The translations under genes and the position numbers were made by a program. Below, in pieces: positions 8,866-19,473 of a DNA stretch of 64,000 bases. This DNA is from Candidatus Cloacimonadales bacterium (GTDB lineage Bacteria; Cloacimonadota; Cloacimonadia; Cloacimonadales; JAFGVF01), in contig OY759729.1 in assembly GCA_963662585.1 (NCBI GenBank), positions 1,248,001 to 1,312,000 on the forward strand, in the 5' to 3' direction. The stretch's first letter is position 1. Every line of letters starts with the position of its first letter. The notes beneath the pieces were generated by a model. It did not search any database, had not been told where the DNA came from, and saw nothing but the letters and a program-made list of their open reading frames with translations.

Positions 8866-10196
8866 TGAATGATCTAGATATATTTTCCGTCCAAGAAATT
8901 AATAATCACATTAAGAATATTTTAGAGAACAATATTCCTATTCTCTATGTAGAAGGGGAAATTACTAACTTTACTCGTCACTCCTCTGGTCATATCTATT
9001 TCTCGATCAAAGATGACTTCTCAACTCTCAGATGTGTTTTTTTTAGACAAAACAATTATAACTTAGATTTCTTTCCTAAAAACGGTGATAAGGTTATCCT
9101 CTTAGGAAATATAACTCTTTATGTCAAGGGAGGCTCTTATCAATTTAATGTTCAAAAGATATTTAGTTCAGGAAAGGGAATTCTCCAAATCAAGTTTGAA
9201 CAGCTTAAAGCAAAATTAGATGCTGAAGGTTTATTTTCCTCAGTTCATAAAAAGCCAATTCCTGCCTTCCCTCAAAAAGTAGGAGTTATAACCTCAGCAA
9301 CTGGTGCTGCTCTCCAAGATATTAAGAATGTTATCTTCCGACGCTACCCAGTAGAATTAATTCTCTATCCTGCTAGCGTTCAAGGTGACCAAGCAGTTCC
9401 TGAATTGATTCAAGCTGTAACTTATTTCACTACTAATCAGATTGTTGATGTACTCATTATAGCTCGGGGGGGTGGTTCTCAAGAAGATCTCTTCTGCTTT
9501 AATGACGAAGGATTAGTAAGAGCTATTCACAAGTGCCCTATTCCTGTTATTAGTGGAGTAGGCCACGAAATAGATTTCTCTTTAACTGATTTTGTTTCTG
9601 ACCTTAGAGCTCCCACTCCTTCTGCTGCAGCTGAACTTGCTGTACCTGATAGAAGTCAGCTTCAAGACTCTCTAAACAGAATAAAAACTGAGCTTAAACT
9701 CCAGACTCAAAGTTTATTGCATCAGGAGAGAAATAGAATAAATCGTCTTAATCAAAAGTTTAACGACCTGCAAGTTGAATCTACTCTCAATCAGAATCGC
9801 TTAGAGCTTTTCGATTTAGAAAAACGCTTTTCTGCCCTAGGTAACATTACCGACTTTCTTCACCAAAAACTAAATACCCTAAGCGACAGACTTAACTATA
9901 AGTTTCTATCTAAAGCATCCTTAACAATTTCTCAAGAGAAAAATAAACTACTTAGCTACAATGCAATTATTGATAATTATCTGATTAATACTCTTAACAT
10001 GGAAAAACATAAAATTGACCTTCTGAATAGTAGAGTAGAAGCACATTCTCCTATGGGGATTTTAAAACAGGGATTTGCCTATATAACTAAAGATGATAAA
10101 TTAGTTAGTAAAGCTAAAAATCTCAACCAAGCAGACACAATTAAAATTAGATTCTATGATGGAAGTGTAGAAGCAGAAGTTACTAAAAAAGACTAA
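8865..10196 (+). CDS. xseA: Exodeoxyribonuclease VII large subunit
   Basis: SGHIYFSIKD, ARGGGS, SGVGHEIDF, RAPTPSAAAE. Confidence 0.96.
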   Translation: MNDLDIFSVQEINNHIKNILENNIPILYVEGEITNFTRHSSGHIYFSIKDDFSTLRCVFFRQNNYNLDFFPKNGDKVILLGNITLYVKGGSYQFNVQKIFSSGKGILQIKFEQLKAKLDAEGLFSSVHKKPIPAFPQKVGVITSATGAALQDIKNVIFRRYPVELILYPASVQGDQAVPELIQAVTYFTTNQIVDVLIIARGGGSQEDLFCFNDEGLVRAIHKCPIPVISGVGHEIDFSLTDFVSDLRAPTPSAAAELAVPDRSQLQDSLNRIKTELKLQTQSLLHQERNRINRLNQKFNDLQVESTLNQNRLELFDLEKRFSALGNITDFLHQKLNTLSDRLNYKFLSKASLTISQEKNKLLSYNAIIDNYLINTLNMEKHKIDLLNSRVEAHSPMGILKQGFAYITKDDKLVSKAKNLNQADTIKIRFYDGSVEAEVTKKD

Positions 10197-10199
10197 ATT

Positions 10200-10934
10200 T
10201 TAGAATTTATAATTCACAGAAAGCCAAACTTCATCTTGATTAATTATAGGACTTAATCCTAATTTAAGTTCCTTCTCACTATCAAAATACTTATCAAAAA
10301 GATAGTAGGATATCTTAGTACTTAGCATCCCGAAGCCAGCTCCAGCAGCTACATCTGTTACCCAATGACGCTCATTGAGCATCCTAAAAATACCTGTACC
10401 CAAAGCTACTGCATATCCACTTACTCCATATAGTAAAGATTGCTCTTTATATTCTTGGTAGAGAAACTCTGCTCCCATAAAGGCTGTAGCAGTATGTCCA
10501 GAAGGGAAAGAGTTGTTTGAAGAAGCATCAGGTCTCATTACATCAACTGTCGCTTTTAAAGTAAGAACTGTTACCCCCATGATAGCATAGGCTGTCCCAA
10601 GAATAATAGTTCGATCTTTGAAATTATGTTCGCCTTGAATCCCTAGTGAGTTTAATAAATAGACTGATATAAAGGGTGAATATTGAGAGAAGTCATCAAT
10701 TGTCATTTTATCATCAATATGTTCCCCAATTTCCTCTTTAACCTCATGATTATAGAATTTTAAAAAATCGCTTTCCAAACCTAAGAGGCCATAAGTAATT
10801 AAAGAGATTGGCAAAATTAATTCATAAGATTTTGTGCGCGATTGTGAAAGAGAATCCGAAACTGAAGTTGTTGAAATATTTGCATAACTATAAAAGAATA
10901 GCATCAATGAAATTAGAGTAAATAGTGTTCTCAT
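10200..10934 (-). CDS. PAP2 family phosphatase
   Basis: KxxxxxxRP, SFPSGH, RMLNERHW motifs; signal peptide. Confidence 0.9.
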   Translation of the reverse strand: MRTLFTLISLMLFFYSYANISTTSVSDSLSQSRTKSYELILPISLITYGLLGLESDFLKFYNHEVKEEIGEHIDDKMTIDDFSQYSPFISVYLLNSLGIQGEHNFKDRTIILGTAYAIMGVTVLTLKATVDVMRPDASSNNSFPSGHTATAFMGAEFLYQEYKEQSLLYGVSGYAVALGTGIFRMLNERHWVTDVAAGAGFGMLSTKISYYLFDKYFDSEKELKLGLSPIINQDEVWLSVNYKF

Positions 10935-11226
10935 ATTTATATCTTTTCCTATATTTTTTTCTCTGTTAGTGAATCTACTTAATTATCACCTCAACTATTA
11001 ATTACTAGCTCTCTTTTTTGTCAATTCCTCTTGTATTTTTTTAAATAAATTATTATCGTGGCTTCTTTTTTGCTAACATAGTCCTCCTGCTTGTCTCTTG
11101 AAAAGATATCATTTTATGGTAACTATCTTGATTCTTGAAATAGTCGTCTTAAAAAAACTTGACACAATAAATAAGAATTCCATTATATTGGAAAATAAAT
11201 ATTTTTGTTTTAAGGAAGCATTCAAC

Positions 11227-12342
11227 ATGAGAAAAATTATCTTTCTAGTCGTATTATTTTCTACCTTTATCGGTCTTGAAGCAGAGTCTATCTCTGCAGT
11301 CTGGGTCTTGCCTTGGAATTTAGTTAGAGAAGGTGCGATAGATACAGTTTTAGTAGATTTGCAAGCAAATGGACAAAACACTTTATTGGCAGAAGTTCGT
11401 TATAGAGCTGATGCTATCTATATTCCTAATAAGCAAGATTCCAGCTACATCAATACTGAAACTAGGTCTCATGTGATGAAAGGTTCTTCTTTTGATGCTT
11501 TAGAATATTTATTGCAAGAAGCAAAAAAATATGATATTAAAGTTCATGCTTGGATTACTGTTTTAGTGGTTACTCCCCACGATTTAACCAAGCTTCCTTT
11601 AGATCATTTTTACTATAAACATGGAGATTGGATAACTACAGATTTATCAGGAATAAGAATGCCCCTTACAAGTGCTGAAGGATATTTTGTTGATCCAGGT
11701 ATTGAGGAAGTTAGAAAATATACCCTCAACTTTATCAGCGATTTATTATTGAACTATCCCCAGCTAGCAGGACTTCATTTAGATTATATTCGTTACCCTG
11801 GTGAAGATTATGGTTATCATCCTCAAGCAATGGAAGTTTTTGAACAAAGTCTGAGACCTAACACTTATGGAAACAGAATGGTCTGGAAAGAAGAAATCTT
11901 AACTGCCTTTGTTAAAGATATCTACCAGAGAGTAAAAGAATTAAATCCAAAACTAGAATTAAGTGCAGCTGTTGTTGCCGACAAAGTTAAAGCCAGAGCA
12001 AAATACTCCCAAAACTGGCAAGATTGGTTAGATCAAGGGATTATTGATAGAGTCTATTTAATGGCTTATACTAAAGATGATAAGCTACTTGAAAGGCAGT
12101 TACAAGACCCAGAACTTCTTAAGTTTAAAGACAAAGTAGTAGTGGGCCTAAGGGCCTGGAGTGATGGCAATAAAAAGTATGAAGCTTCAGAAATAGTTTC
12201 CAAAATAAATATTAGTAGAATTAGCAAATTTAATGATATAGCTCTCTTTAGTTATGGTGGAATTATGGAAAATAACTATTGGAGAAGATTAAAAGAACTT
12301 TTCGTAAAAGCAAAGAATGATAAAGAAAAAGTAACAAATTAA
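11227..12342 (+). CDS. Family 10-like glycosyl hydrolase (GHL10/DUF187), exported
   Basis: Signal peptide from ATG 11227; VHAW, DPG, GLHLDYIRYP, QNWQDW. Confidence 0.8.
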   Translation: MRKIIFLVVLFSTFIGLEAESISAVWVLPWNLVREGAIDTVLVDLQANGQNTLLAEVRYRADAIYIPNKQDSSYINTETRSHVMKGSSFDALEYLLQEAKKYDIKVHAWITVLVVTPHDLTKLPLDHFYYKHGDWITTDLSGIRMPLTSAEGYFVDPGIEEVRKYTLNFISDLLLNYPQLAGLHLDYIRYPGEDYGYHPQAMEVFEQSLRPNTYGNRMVWKEEILTAFVKDIYQRVKELNPKLELSAAVVADKVKARAKYSQNWQDWLDQGIIDRVYLMAYTKDDKLLERQLQDPELLKFKDKVVVGLRAWSDGNKKYEASEIVSKINISRISKFNDIALFSYGGIMENNYWRRLKELFVKAKNDKEKVTN

Positions 12343-12353
12343 AGTGAGAGATA

Positions 12354-15158
12354 ATGAGAGATAAACTATTTTTAATTGATGGAACAGCCTTAATTTACCG
12401 TGCCTATTTTGCTTTTATCAGAAATCCTTTGATTAATAGTAAAGGCATGAACACAAGTGCTATTTATGGAGTATTAAACTCCTTTTTGAAGATTATTGAT
12501 GAGCATGAGCCCCAATTCGTAATGGTCAGTTTTGATAGAAAAGAGAAGACTTTTAGACATGAAATGGATGAGACTTACAAAGCTAACCGTCCTCCAATGC
12601 CTGATGATTTAGTAGAGCAAATCCAACCAGTCAAGCACTTCTTTCAAATGATTAATATCCCAGAAATCTCACTTGCAGGTTACGAGGCCGATGATATTAT
12701 TGGAACTTTTGCTGAACACTTCAAAGATCAAGTTGATGTTTATATCGTAAGCGGAGATAAGGATTTTGCTCAAATTGTCCAACCGAATGTTTATCTCTTA
12801 GACCCATTTAAGAATTTACTCTTAGATGAAGCTAAGGTTAAAGAAAAATATGGCATAGATGCTTCTCAGTTTATAGACTACTTAGCAATTGTTGGTGATA
12901 CAGCTGATAATATCCCTGGAATTAAAGGCTTAGGTCCTAAAGCTGCCGAAAAGCTTCTTACTGAGTTTAAAGATTTAGACGATATTTATCAGAATTTAGA
13001 CAGTCAAAAAGGGGCTACTCTCAAAAAGTTAACAGAACATAAAGAAAATGCTTATCACTCTTTCCTTTTAGCTAAAATAAATACTGAAGTGCCAGTTGAG
13101 ATTCCTCAGTTGGATAAATTCATCTGCTGTCTAAACAACTCTTCTGATTTAAATGATTATTTTGATGAATATGAATTAAACACTTTAAAGTCAAAGCTCC
13201 ATAAAGTTATTCCAAGTCTTCAAGTTAAATCTCCAAAAATTGAGATTGAGACTACTTCAGCAGAATCAAATAGTAATCAATATGAACAAGCTTTACTCTT
13301 TGGTGATGATACTCAAGAAAATGAGTCTTTAACTCCCCAAATTAAAGATCTTAAAGAAGAGAAATTTAAGGCCATTCAGATAACATCTATAGAGGAGATG
13401 GAGAAAATTCTCTCTGCCAACGAGACTCCTTACTTAGCAATAGATACAGAGACGACCTCACTTGATACCCAGGAAGCTGAATTAGTGGGAATATCTTTCT
13501 GCTACAATGACCAAAATTCCTACTATGTAGCCTTAAATCACTTTGCTTCTGATAATCTTCATCAAACTGATGTTCTTCAAACACTTGCCAAACATATAAA
13601 TGATAAACTTATCATCGGCCATAATCTAAAGTATGACTTAAAAGTCTTAGATTATCAAGGTCTAAAAATTACAAATCCTCTTTTTGATACGATGATTGCA
13701 GGATTCCTTTTAGATCCAACCAACGATGGAAACAGTCTTGATAAATGTATGTTAAGAGAGTATGATTACACAATGCAAGCTATCGAAGAGCTAATCGGCA
13801 AGGGTAAGGCTCAAAAGAGCTTTGCTTTAGTTTCAATTCAAGATGCTACATTCTATGCTGCTGAAGATGCTTGGGCGACCTTCAAACTTTACCAAATCTA
13901 TCAAGATAAATTAAAACATCAGGGAGTATATAAATTATTCTCAGAGATTGAGATTCCCCTTATCTACTCTATCAAAAAAATGGAAATGAATGGAGCTTAC
14001 ATCGATTCTGATTTCCTTAAAAAGCTCTCTTTGGAAGTTAATGAGAGAATTAATAATCTAGTTTCAGATATCTATAATATTGCTGGCTATCAATTTAATT
14101 TGAACTCCACCCAGCAGTTGGCCAAACTACTTTTTGAAGAGATGAATATACCTCCTGTGAAAAAGACAAAAACAGGTTATTCAACAGATGTTACAGTATT
14201 AGAAACACTTGCTGAAGAATATGAAATAGTTAAATTAATGCTAGAATATAGGCAATTAGCTAAGCTTGAATCAACCTACATCTCTGCTCTACCAAAATTA
14301 GTAAATGAGAAAAGTGGAAGAATTCACTCTAGCTTTAACCAAATTGGTGCTTCTACTGGAAGACTATCTTCGACCAATCCTAATCTCCAAAATATCCCTA
14401 TCAGGACAGATTTAGGCAGTAAAATAAGAGAAGCTTTTGTTCCTCAAGATAAAGATTCACTCATCTTAGCTGCTGATTATTCTCAGATTGAGTTAAGATT
14501 ATTAGCTATTTTCTCAGGTGATTCAGTCTTGATAAATACTTTTAATGAAGGTGGAGATATTCACAGATCTACTGCTGGCTTGATTTATAACAAGCCAAGT
14601 GAAGAGATAACAAGCGAAGAGAGAAGATCTGCTAAAACTATTAACTTCGGAATTATTTATGGTATGGGAGCTCAAAAACTAAGTAAAGAATTAAACATCA
14701 CTCAAAAAGAAGCTAAAGAGTTTATTGAACACTATTTTGAAACATTCCCTACTATTAAGAAATTTATGAATGATATGGTACTTAAAGCTAAATCATTGGG
14801 TTATTGCGAAACTATCAGTGGAAGGAGACTCTTTCTACCAGCAATCAATAGTAACAACAAAAGAGCAATTAGTGAAGCAGAAAGAGTAGCTGTTAATATG
14901 CCAATTCAAGGTTCGGCTGCTGACATTATCAAAATTGCTATGAATAGTTTACATGCTAAAATTAAAGATAATCCTGATATCAAAATGATTATCCAGGTCC
15001 ATGATGAACTTGTCTTTGAAGTAAAAAAGACTGCTTTAGAAGAGATGAAGGCCTTAATCAAAACAGAAATGGAAGGTGCTTTGAGCCAAGAATATAGCAA
15101 TATTGTTAAACTTCTTGTTGATATCGGACTTGGTGAAAACTGGCTACAAGCACACTAG
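12354..15158 (+). CDS. polA: DNA polymerase I
   Basis: 5'-3' exo (LIDG, YEADD), intact 3'-5' exo (DTETT, HNLKYD, YAAED), Pol motifs ADYSQIELR, AKTINFGIIYG, QVHDEL. Confidence 0.99.
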   Translation: MRDKLFLIDGTALIYRAYFAFIRNPLINSKGMNTSAIYGVLNSFLKIIDEHEPQFVMVSFDRKEKTFRHEMDETYKANRPPMPDDLVEQIQPVKHFFQMINIPEISLAGYEADDIIGTFAEHFKDQVDVYIVSGDKDFAQIVQPNVYLLDPFKNLLLDEAKVKEKYGIDASQFIDYLAIVGDTADNIPGIKGLGPKAAEKLLTEFKDLDDIYQNLDSQKGATLKKLTEHKENAYHSFLLAKINTEVPVEIPQLDKFICCLNNSSDLNDYFDEYELNTLKSKLHKVIPSLQVKSPKIEIETTSAESNSNQYEQALLFGDDTQENESLTPQIKDLKEEKFKAIQITSIEEMEKILSANETPYLAIDTETTSLDTQEAELVGISFCYNDQNSYYVALNHFASDNLHQTDVLQTLAKHINDKLIIGHNLKYDLKVLDYQGLKITNPLFDTMIAGFLLDPTNDGNSLDKCMLREYDYTMQAIEELIGKGKAQKSFALVSIQDATFYAAEDAWATFKLYQIYQDKLKHQGVYKLFSEIEIPLIYSIKKMEMNGAYIDSDFLKKLSLEVNERINNLVSDIYNIAGYQFNLNSTQQLAKLLFEEMNIPPVKKTKTGYSTDVTVLETLAEEYEIVKLMLEYRQLAKLESTYISALPKLVNEKSGRIHSSFNQIGASTGRLSSTNPNLQNIPIRTDLGSKIREAFVPQDKDSLILAADYSQIELRLLAIFSGDSVLINTFNEGGDIHRSTAGLIYNKPSEEITSEERRSAKTINFGIIYGMGAQKLSKELNITQKEAKEFIEHYFETFPTIKKFMNDMVLKAKSLGYCETISGRRLFLPAINSNNKRAISEAERVAVNMPIQGSAADIIKIAMNSLHAKIKDNPDIKMIIQVHDELVFEVKKTALEEMKALIKTEMEGALSQEYSNIVKLLVDIGLGENWLQAH

Positions 15159-15230
15159 ATTATTGATAAAAGGGATGTTAGCTAAAACTAAACTATCTCT
15201 TCTCTCCTTAATCTTTTATTCATATCAAGT

Positions 15231-15312
15231 GCTCTTCCTTTGCTCTTTCTCAATCATCTCTATAATTGTTTGATTTTTATTCTAGATGAACGAGAAAGAG
15301 GATTAAGTGAGC
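15231..15312. repeat. 82-bp degenerate palindromic element (28-bp arms, 26-bp spacer), copy A
   Basis: gctcttcctttgctctttctcaatcatc-N26-gatgaacgagaaagaggattaagtgagc; homologous to 36228-36309 and 53248-53329. Confidence 0.7.
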
Positions 15313-15551
15313 AATTAAAGACTAAAGATATTAAGATCGAGAAGAAGTAAATTAGGAGGATTCTAGAATAAAATTTGCTAATTAAGAGTTGTTCTTTATC
15401 ACCTTAAAAGAAATAAAAGAGATAACATTATTGAATAGTTCTCTCTTTAATATATAATAATTCTCGATTTATCAAAAAAAAACTTTACTAAATAGAAGGG
15501 TATTTACATTTATACTCTATAGAAATTTTAAATAAAAATTGTGGAGGAACT

Positions 15552-17798
15552 ATGCCTCAAATGATGAGGAAGTTATTGCTAATAATTATGTTATTAGCAG
15601 TTAGTTCAATAATTGCTGCTCAGACATTATTAATAAGAAACATAAGAGTCGAAGGAAATGTTAACATAGATGATTCATTAATTTTAACAGTTTCTAAAAT
15701 GAAAATTGGTGATTTTGTAGATTATGCCAAAGTTTCTGAAACCATAAAAAGTCTCTATGCCTTAGAGGTTTTTAATAATATTTATATTGAAAAAGAAAAT
15801 ATTTCTACAGGTGTAGAAGTAATTATTAATGTTGAAGAGTACCCTATTGTAGAAGAAGTATCTTATAAAGGAAACAAAAAATATAGTACTTCTGCCTTAA
15901 AGGAGTTCGTACTCTTACGCAAAGGTAGCTACTATTCGGAATTCTTAAAGAATAAAGTAACTAGGCAAATTACTCAAAAATATACTGAAAAAGCTTATAA
16001 CAATGTTAAAGTTGAATATAAAGTTAAAGATTTAGGTGATAATAGAGTTAATGTAACAATCGAAATTGATGATGGAAATAAAATTAGAGTTAATAAAATT
16101 AGTTTCCACGGAAATCAAGAGATTACTAGTAAAAAATTAGCTAAGAAAATGAAAACAAAGACTACTAATCTTTTCCGTTCAGGTAAGTTTGAAAAAGCCC
16201 AATTCGAAGCCGATCTTCAAGCTATTGAAGCTTACTATCAAGAGTTAGGTTATATCAATGCTAAGATTAATAATCACGAAATTAAAACAGTTGAAGATAA
16301 ATTCATTCAAATCGATATATATCTGACAGAGGGTGATCAATTTAAATATGGAGATGTTATTGTTACAGGTAACAAGTTCTTCACTGAAGATGAAGTTATG
16401 AAGGTTTTAGAATTTGACGAAGATGAACCATTTAATATGGAAGATTTTAATCTGCGTCAGAATCAAATTAGAGAAATGTATTCAGAAGAAGGCTTTATCT
16501 ATAGTTCTATAGAACCTCAATTAATTAAAATTGACGATAGAGTTGATATCCAAATAAATATCGACGAACAAGTTAGAGCCAAAATTAGAAAGATTCATAT
16601 TGGTGGTAATAGAGGCACTAAAGAGAAAATTATTCGTAGGCAACTTGCTATCCATCCTGGGGACTTCTTTAAAAGATCTCAGATTCTTAGTACCCAGCAA
16701 AATATCTATAACTTAGGTTTCTTTGAACCAAATATCGGAATTGAACCTAAACCAATAAATAAAAATGGTGATGTCGATATCTACTTCGATGTTGAAGATA
16801 AGACCTCTGGAACTGCCAATGGTGGTGTTGGTTATAATAGTGTCGATGGTTTTGTGGGACAGTTAAGCTTATCTCATAATAATATCATGGGAAATAATTG
16901 GCAGTCAAGTATCTCTTATGAATTTGGTGGAACAACTCAAAATGTACAGTTTTCTTTCACTAACCCTTATACCTTTGATACCAATACCCTCACAGGATTT
17001 AGTCTCTATAATACTGAAAGAGAATGGGAAGATTACTATTACGAAATTTTCACTCGAGGTGGAAGTGTAAGAGTTGGAAGACCTATGAAAATAGTCAATA
17101 AAACCCAAGCAATCTTAGCCTACTCCTTCTATTCAAAAAAATATAATATTACTGACCAAGATCAGGTAATTGCTAATAATAATCAGAGTTTAATTGAATT
17201 AGATACTTTGGGCTGGAGAAATACAAGTTCCTTAGGACTAACGATTTCTCGTGACTCAAGAGACAATGTTTTCTTCCCAACTAAAGGCTCACAAATAACA
17301 ATCTATAACGAACTTGCAGGGGGATTCTTAGGTGGTAATTTTGATTACTATAAATTTATCTCTCAAGTTTCTTTCTATACTGAGACCTATTTCAAATTTG
17401 TCCTAAGAAATAAGTGGAGATTTGGCTATGTAACATCTTTTGGCCAATCAGCTACTGTACCTCCTGATGAGAGATTCTACCTTGGTGGAACAGGTCCTGA
17501 CGGTATTCGTGGTTACGGAGATAGATCTATCGGACCTGATGATGGTGGAACAAGAGAGATACTCTATTCTACAGAATTAGCTTATCCTATCGGTGGAGAC
17601 CAACTTATACTATTAACATTCTTAGATGCAGGAAATAGCTATAACTCACTAAATGATTTTAATTTCTTAGATTTCAAAAAAGGTGCTGGTTTAGGATTAA
17701 GAATCAGAACCCCAATGGGCCTAATCGGATTCGACTATGCCTATAACTTTGAAGAAAGAAACTGGCAACCTCACTTCCAATTCGGAACAACTTTCTAG
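15552..17798 (+). CDS. bamA: Outer membrane protein assembly factor BamA
   Basis: Signal peptide, POTRA repeats, ERFYLGG..IRGY loop, C-terminal FQFGTTF. Confidence 0.96.
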   Translation: MPQMMRKLLLIIMLLAVSSIIAAQTLLIRNIRVEGNVNIDDSLILTVSKMKIGDFVDYAKVSETIKSLYALEVFNNIYIEKENISTGVEVIINVEEYPIVEEVSYKGNKKYSTSALKEFVLLRKGSYYSEFLKNKVTRQITQKYTEKAYNNVKVEYKVKDLGDNRVNVTIEIDDGNKIRVNKISFHGNQEITSKKLAKKMKTKTTNLFRSGKFEKAQFEADLQAIEAYYQELGYINAKINNHEIKTVEDKFIQIDIYLTEGDQFKYGDVIVTGNKFFTEDEVMKVLEFDEDEPFNMEDFNLRQNQIREMYSEEGFIYSSIEPQLIKIDDRVDIQINIDEQVRAKIRKIHIGGNRGTKEKIIRRQLAIHPGDFFKRSQILSTQQNIYNLGFFEPNIGIEPKPINKNGDVDIYFDVEDKTSGTANGGVGYNSVDGFVGQLSLSHNNIMGNNWQSSISYEFGGTTQNVQFSFTNPYTFDTNTLTGFSLYNTEREWEDYYYEIFTRGGSVRVGRPMKIVNKTQAILAYSFYSKKYNITDQDQVIANNNQSLIELDTLGWRNTSSLGLTISRDSRDNVFFPTKGSQITIYNELAGGFLGGNFDYYKFISQVSFYTETYFKFVLRNKWRFGYVTSFGQSATVPPDERFYLGGTGPDGIRGYGDRSIGPDDGGTREILYSTELAYPIGGDQLILLTFLDAGNSYNSLNDFNFLDFKKGAGLGLRIRTPMGLIGFDYAYNFEERNWQPHFQFGTTF

Positions 17799-17806
17799 AG
17801 GATAAA

Positions 17807-18763
17807 ATGAACTATAAACACTTATTCGGACCTGTCATTTCAAGGAGATTAGGTATCTCCCTCGGAGTGGATGTTGTCCCTTATAAATATTGCTCGATGA
17901 ATTGCATTTATTGCGAAGTGGGTGGAACTACTCACTTAATCAATGAAGCAGAAAACTTAGTTGATTTAACTGCTGTGATTTCCGAACTAGATGATTACAT
18001 AGCAAAAAATCCTAAGCTTGATTACATTACTTTCTCTGGAGCAGGAGAACCTCTCCTCTACTCTAGAATTGGTGAGCTAATTAACTATATCAAAGGAAAA
18101 TATCCGCAATATAAACTAGCTTTAATCACCAACAGTACCCATATTAATCGCTCAGATATCAAAACAGAGTTATTAAAATTAGATATGATAATGCCATCAC
18201 TTGATGCTGTAGATCAAGATATTTTTGAAGCTATTAATCGCCCTCATGAAAAGATTTTAGTTAAAGATATAATTACAAATCTCATTGACTTTAATCAGCA
18301 TTTCCCAGGCGAAATGTGGTTAGAAATATTCTTTGTTCCAGAGCTTAATGATTTCCCAGAAGAGTTAACTAGGATGAGAGATGTTATTAAGCAAATTAAC
18401 CCGGAAAGAGTTCAATTAAATGCCTTGGATAGACCTGGCACGGAACCATGGGTTATTCAAGAAGACAAAGAAAAATTAGACTCTATCAAAGCCTTCTTTG
18501 AATCAGGCTTACCAGATAAAATCTTGGTTGAGGTTATCAAAAAAGTTAATAAACAGCTTTATGATGAAAATCCAAGTAGCTTGGAAGTTGAAGAAAAGAT
18601 CCTTTCCACTATCAGAAGAAGGCCCTGCACTGCTCAAGATATGAGCCAAATGCTAAATATTCATATCAATGCTATAAACAAGGTATTGCATAAATTAATT
18701 GAAGAAAAAAGAATTGAAGGTGTCCATCAAGATAGAGGCATCTTCTATAAATTTATTGGATAG
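17807..18763 (+). CDS. Radical SAM protein (TYW1/UPF0026-like) with C-terminal HTH
   Basis: GPVISRRLGISLGVD, CSMNCIYC, FSGAGEP. Confidence 0.88.
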   Translation: MNYKHLFGPVISRRLGISLGVDVVPYKYCSMNCIYCEVGGTTHLINEAENLVDLTAVISELDDYIAKNPKLDYITFSGAGEPLLYSRIGELINYIKGKYPQYKLALITNSTHINRSDIKTELLKLDMIMPSLDAVDQDIFEAINRPHEKILVKDIITNLIDFNQHFPGEMWLEIFFVPELNDFPEELTRMRDVIKQINPERVQLNALDRPGTEPWVIQEDKEKLDSIKAFFESGLPDKILVEVIKKVNKQLYDENPSSLEVEEKILSTIRRRPCTAQDMSQMLNIHINAINKVLHKLIEEKRIEGVHQDRGIFYKFIG

Positions 18764-18765
18764 TT

Positions 18766-19452
18766 GTGAGAATAAGCGCTATTATTACAGCAGGTGGGTC
18801 TGGAAAAAGACTCCCTGGAAAAGTAAAAAAACAGTTTTTAAAACTGGGAGATAAGCCTATATTATTCCATACTATAGAAAGATTCTTGACAAAAAACATA
18901 GTCAATGAATTAATTATTTCCTTACCAAAAGATGATTTTGATGAAGTTGGTGAAAGTATTAGGAATAACTTTCCTGAAGCAAAAATCATATTCGTTAAAG
19001 GTGGCAAAGAAAGACAGGATTCCGTATATAACGCCCTGCTTGCTTGTTCTCCTGATTGTGATATTGTTTTGATTCACGACGGAGTTAGACCCTTTTTCGG
19101 TGAAGATGTAATTGAGAAAATGTTAGAAAAAGTTGAAGTTGGAAGAGGTGTAATTCCTGTAAGCCAAGTAAAATTCACAGTTAAAGAATGTGAAGATCAA
19201 CTGGTCAAGCGAACTCTTCCTCGAGTTAATCTTTATAATGTTCATACACCACAATGTTTTGTTTATCAAGACATTCTTAAATTGAACAAAGATGCCATAA
19301 ATGAGAGAAAACTCTATACTGATGATGCTTCCCTCTTCGAAGAAAAAGGACTAAAAGTAGCTACAGTAGCAGAAAGTGATTTTAATATTAAGATAACAAC
19401 AGAAGAAGATCTATTATTAGCAGAATTCCTGTTGTCACATCTTAAAGCATAA
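18766..19452 (+). CDS. ispD: 2-C-methyl-D-erythritol 4-phosphate cytidylyltransferase
   Basis: AGGSGKR, KQF, GGKERQDSV, IHDGVRPF, TDDAS, NIKITT. Confidence 0.95.
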   Translation: MRISAIITAGGSGKRLPGKVKKQFLKLGDKPILFHTIERFLTKNIVNELIISLPKDDFDEVGESIRNNFPEAKIIFVKGGKERQDSVYNALLACSPDCDIVLIHDGVRPFFGEDVIEKMLEKVEVGRGVIPVSQVKFTVKECEDQLVKRTLPRVNLYNVHTPQCFVYQDILKLNKDAINERKLYTDDASLFEEKGLKVATVAESDFNIKITTEEDLLLAEFLLSHLKA

Positions 19453-19473
19453 AAATTTGTATACGGAGAATTA

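Noticed and set aside
19453..19473. glmS ribozyme
   Set aside because: Only 21 bp separate ispD and glmS.
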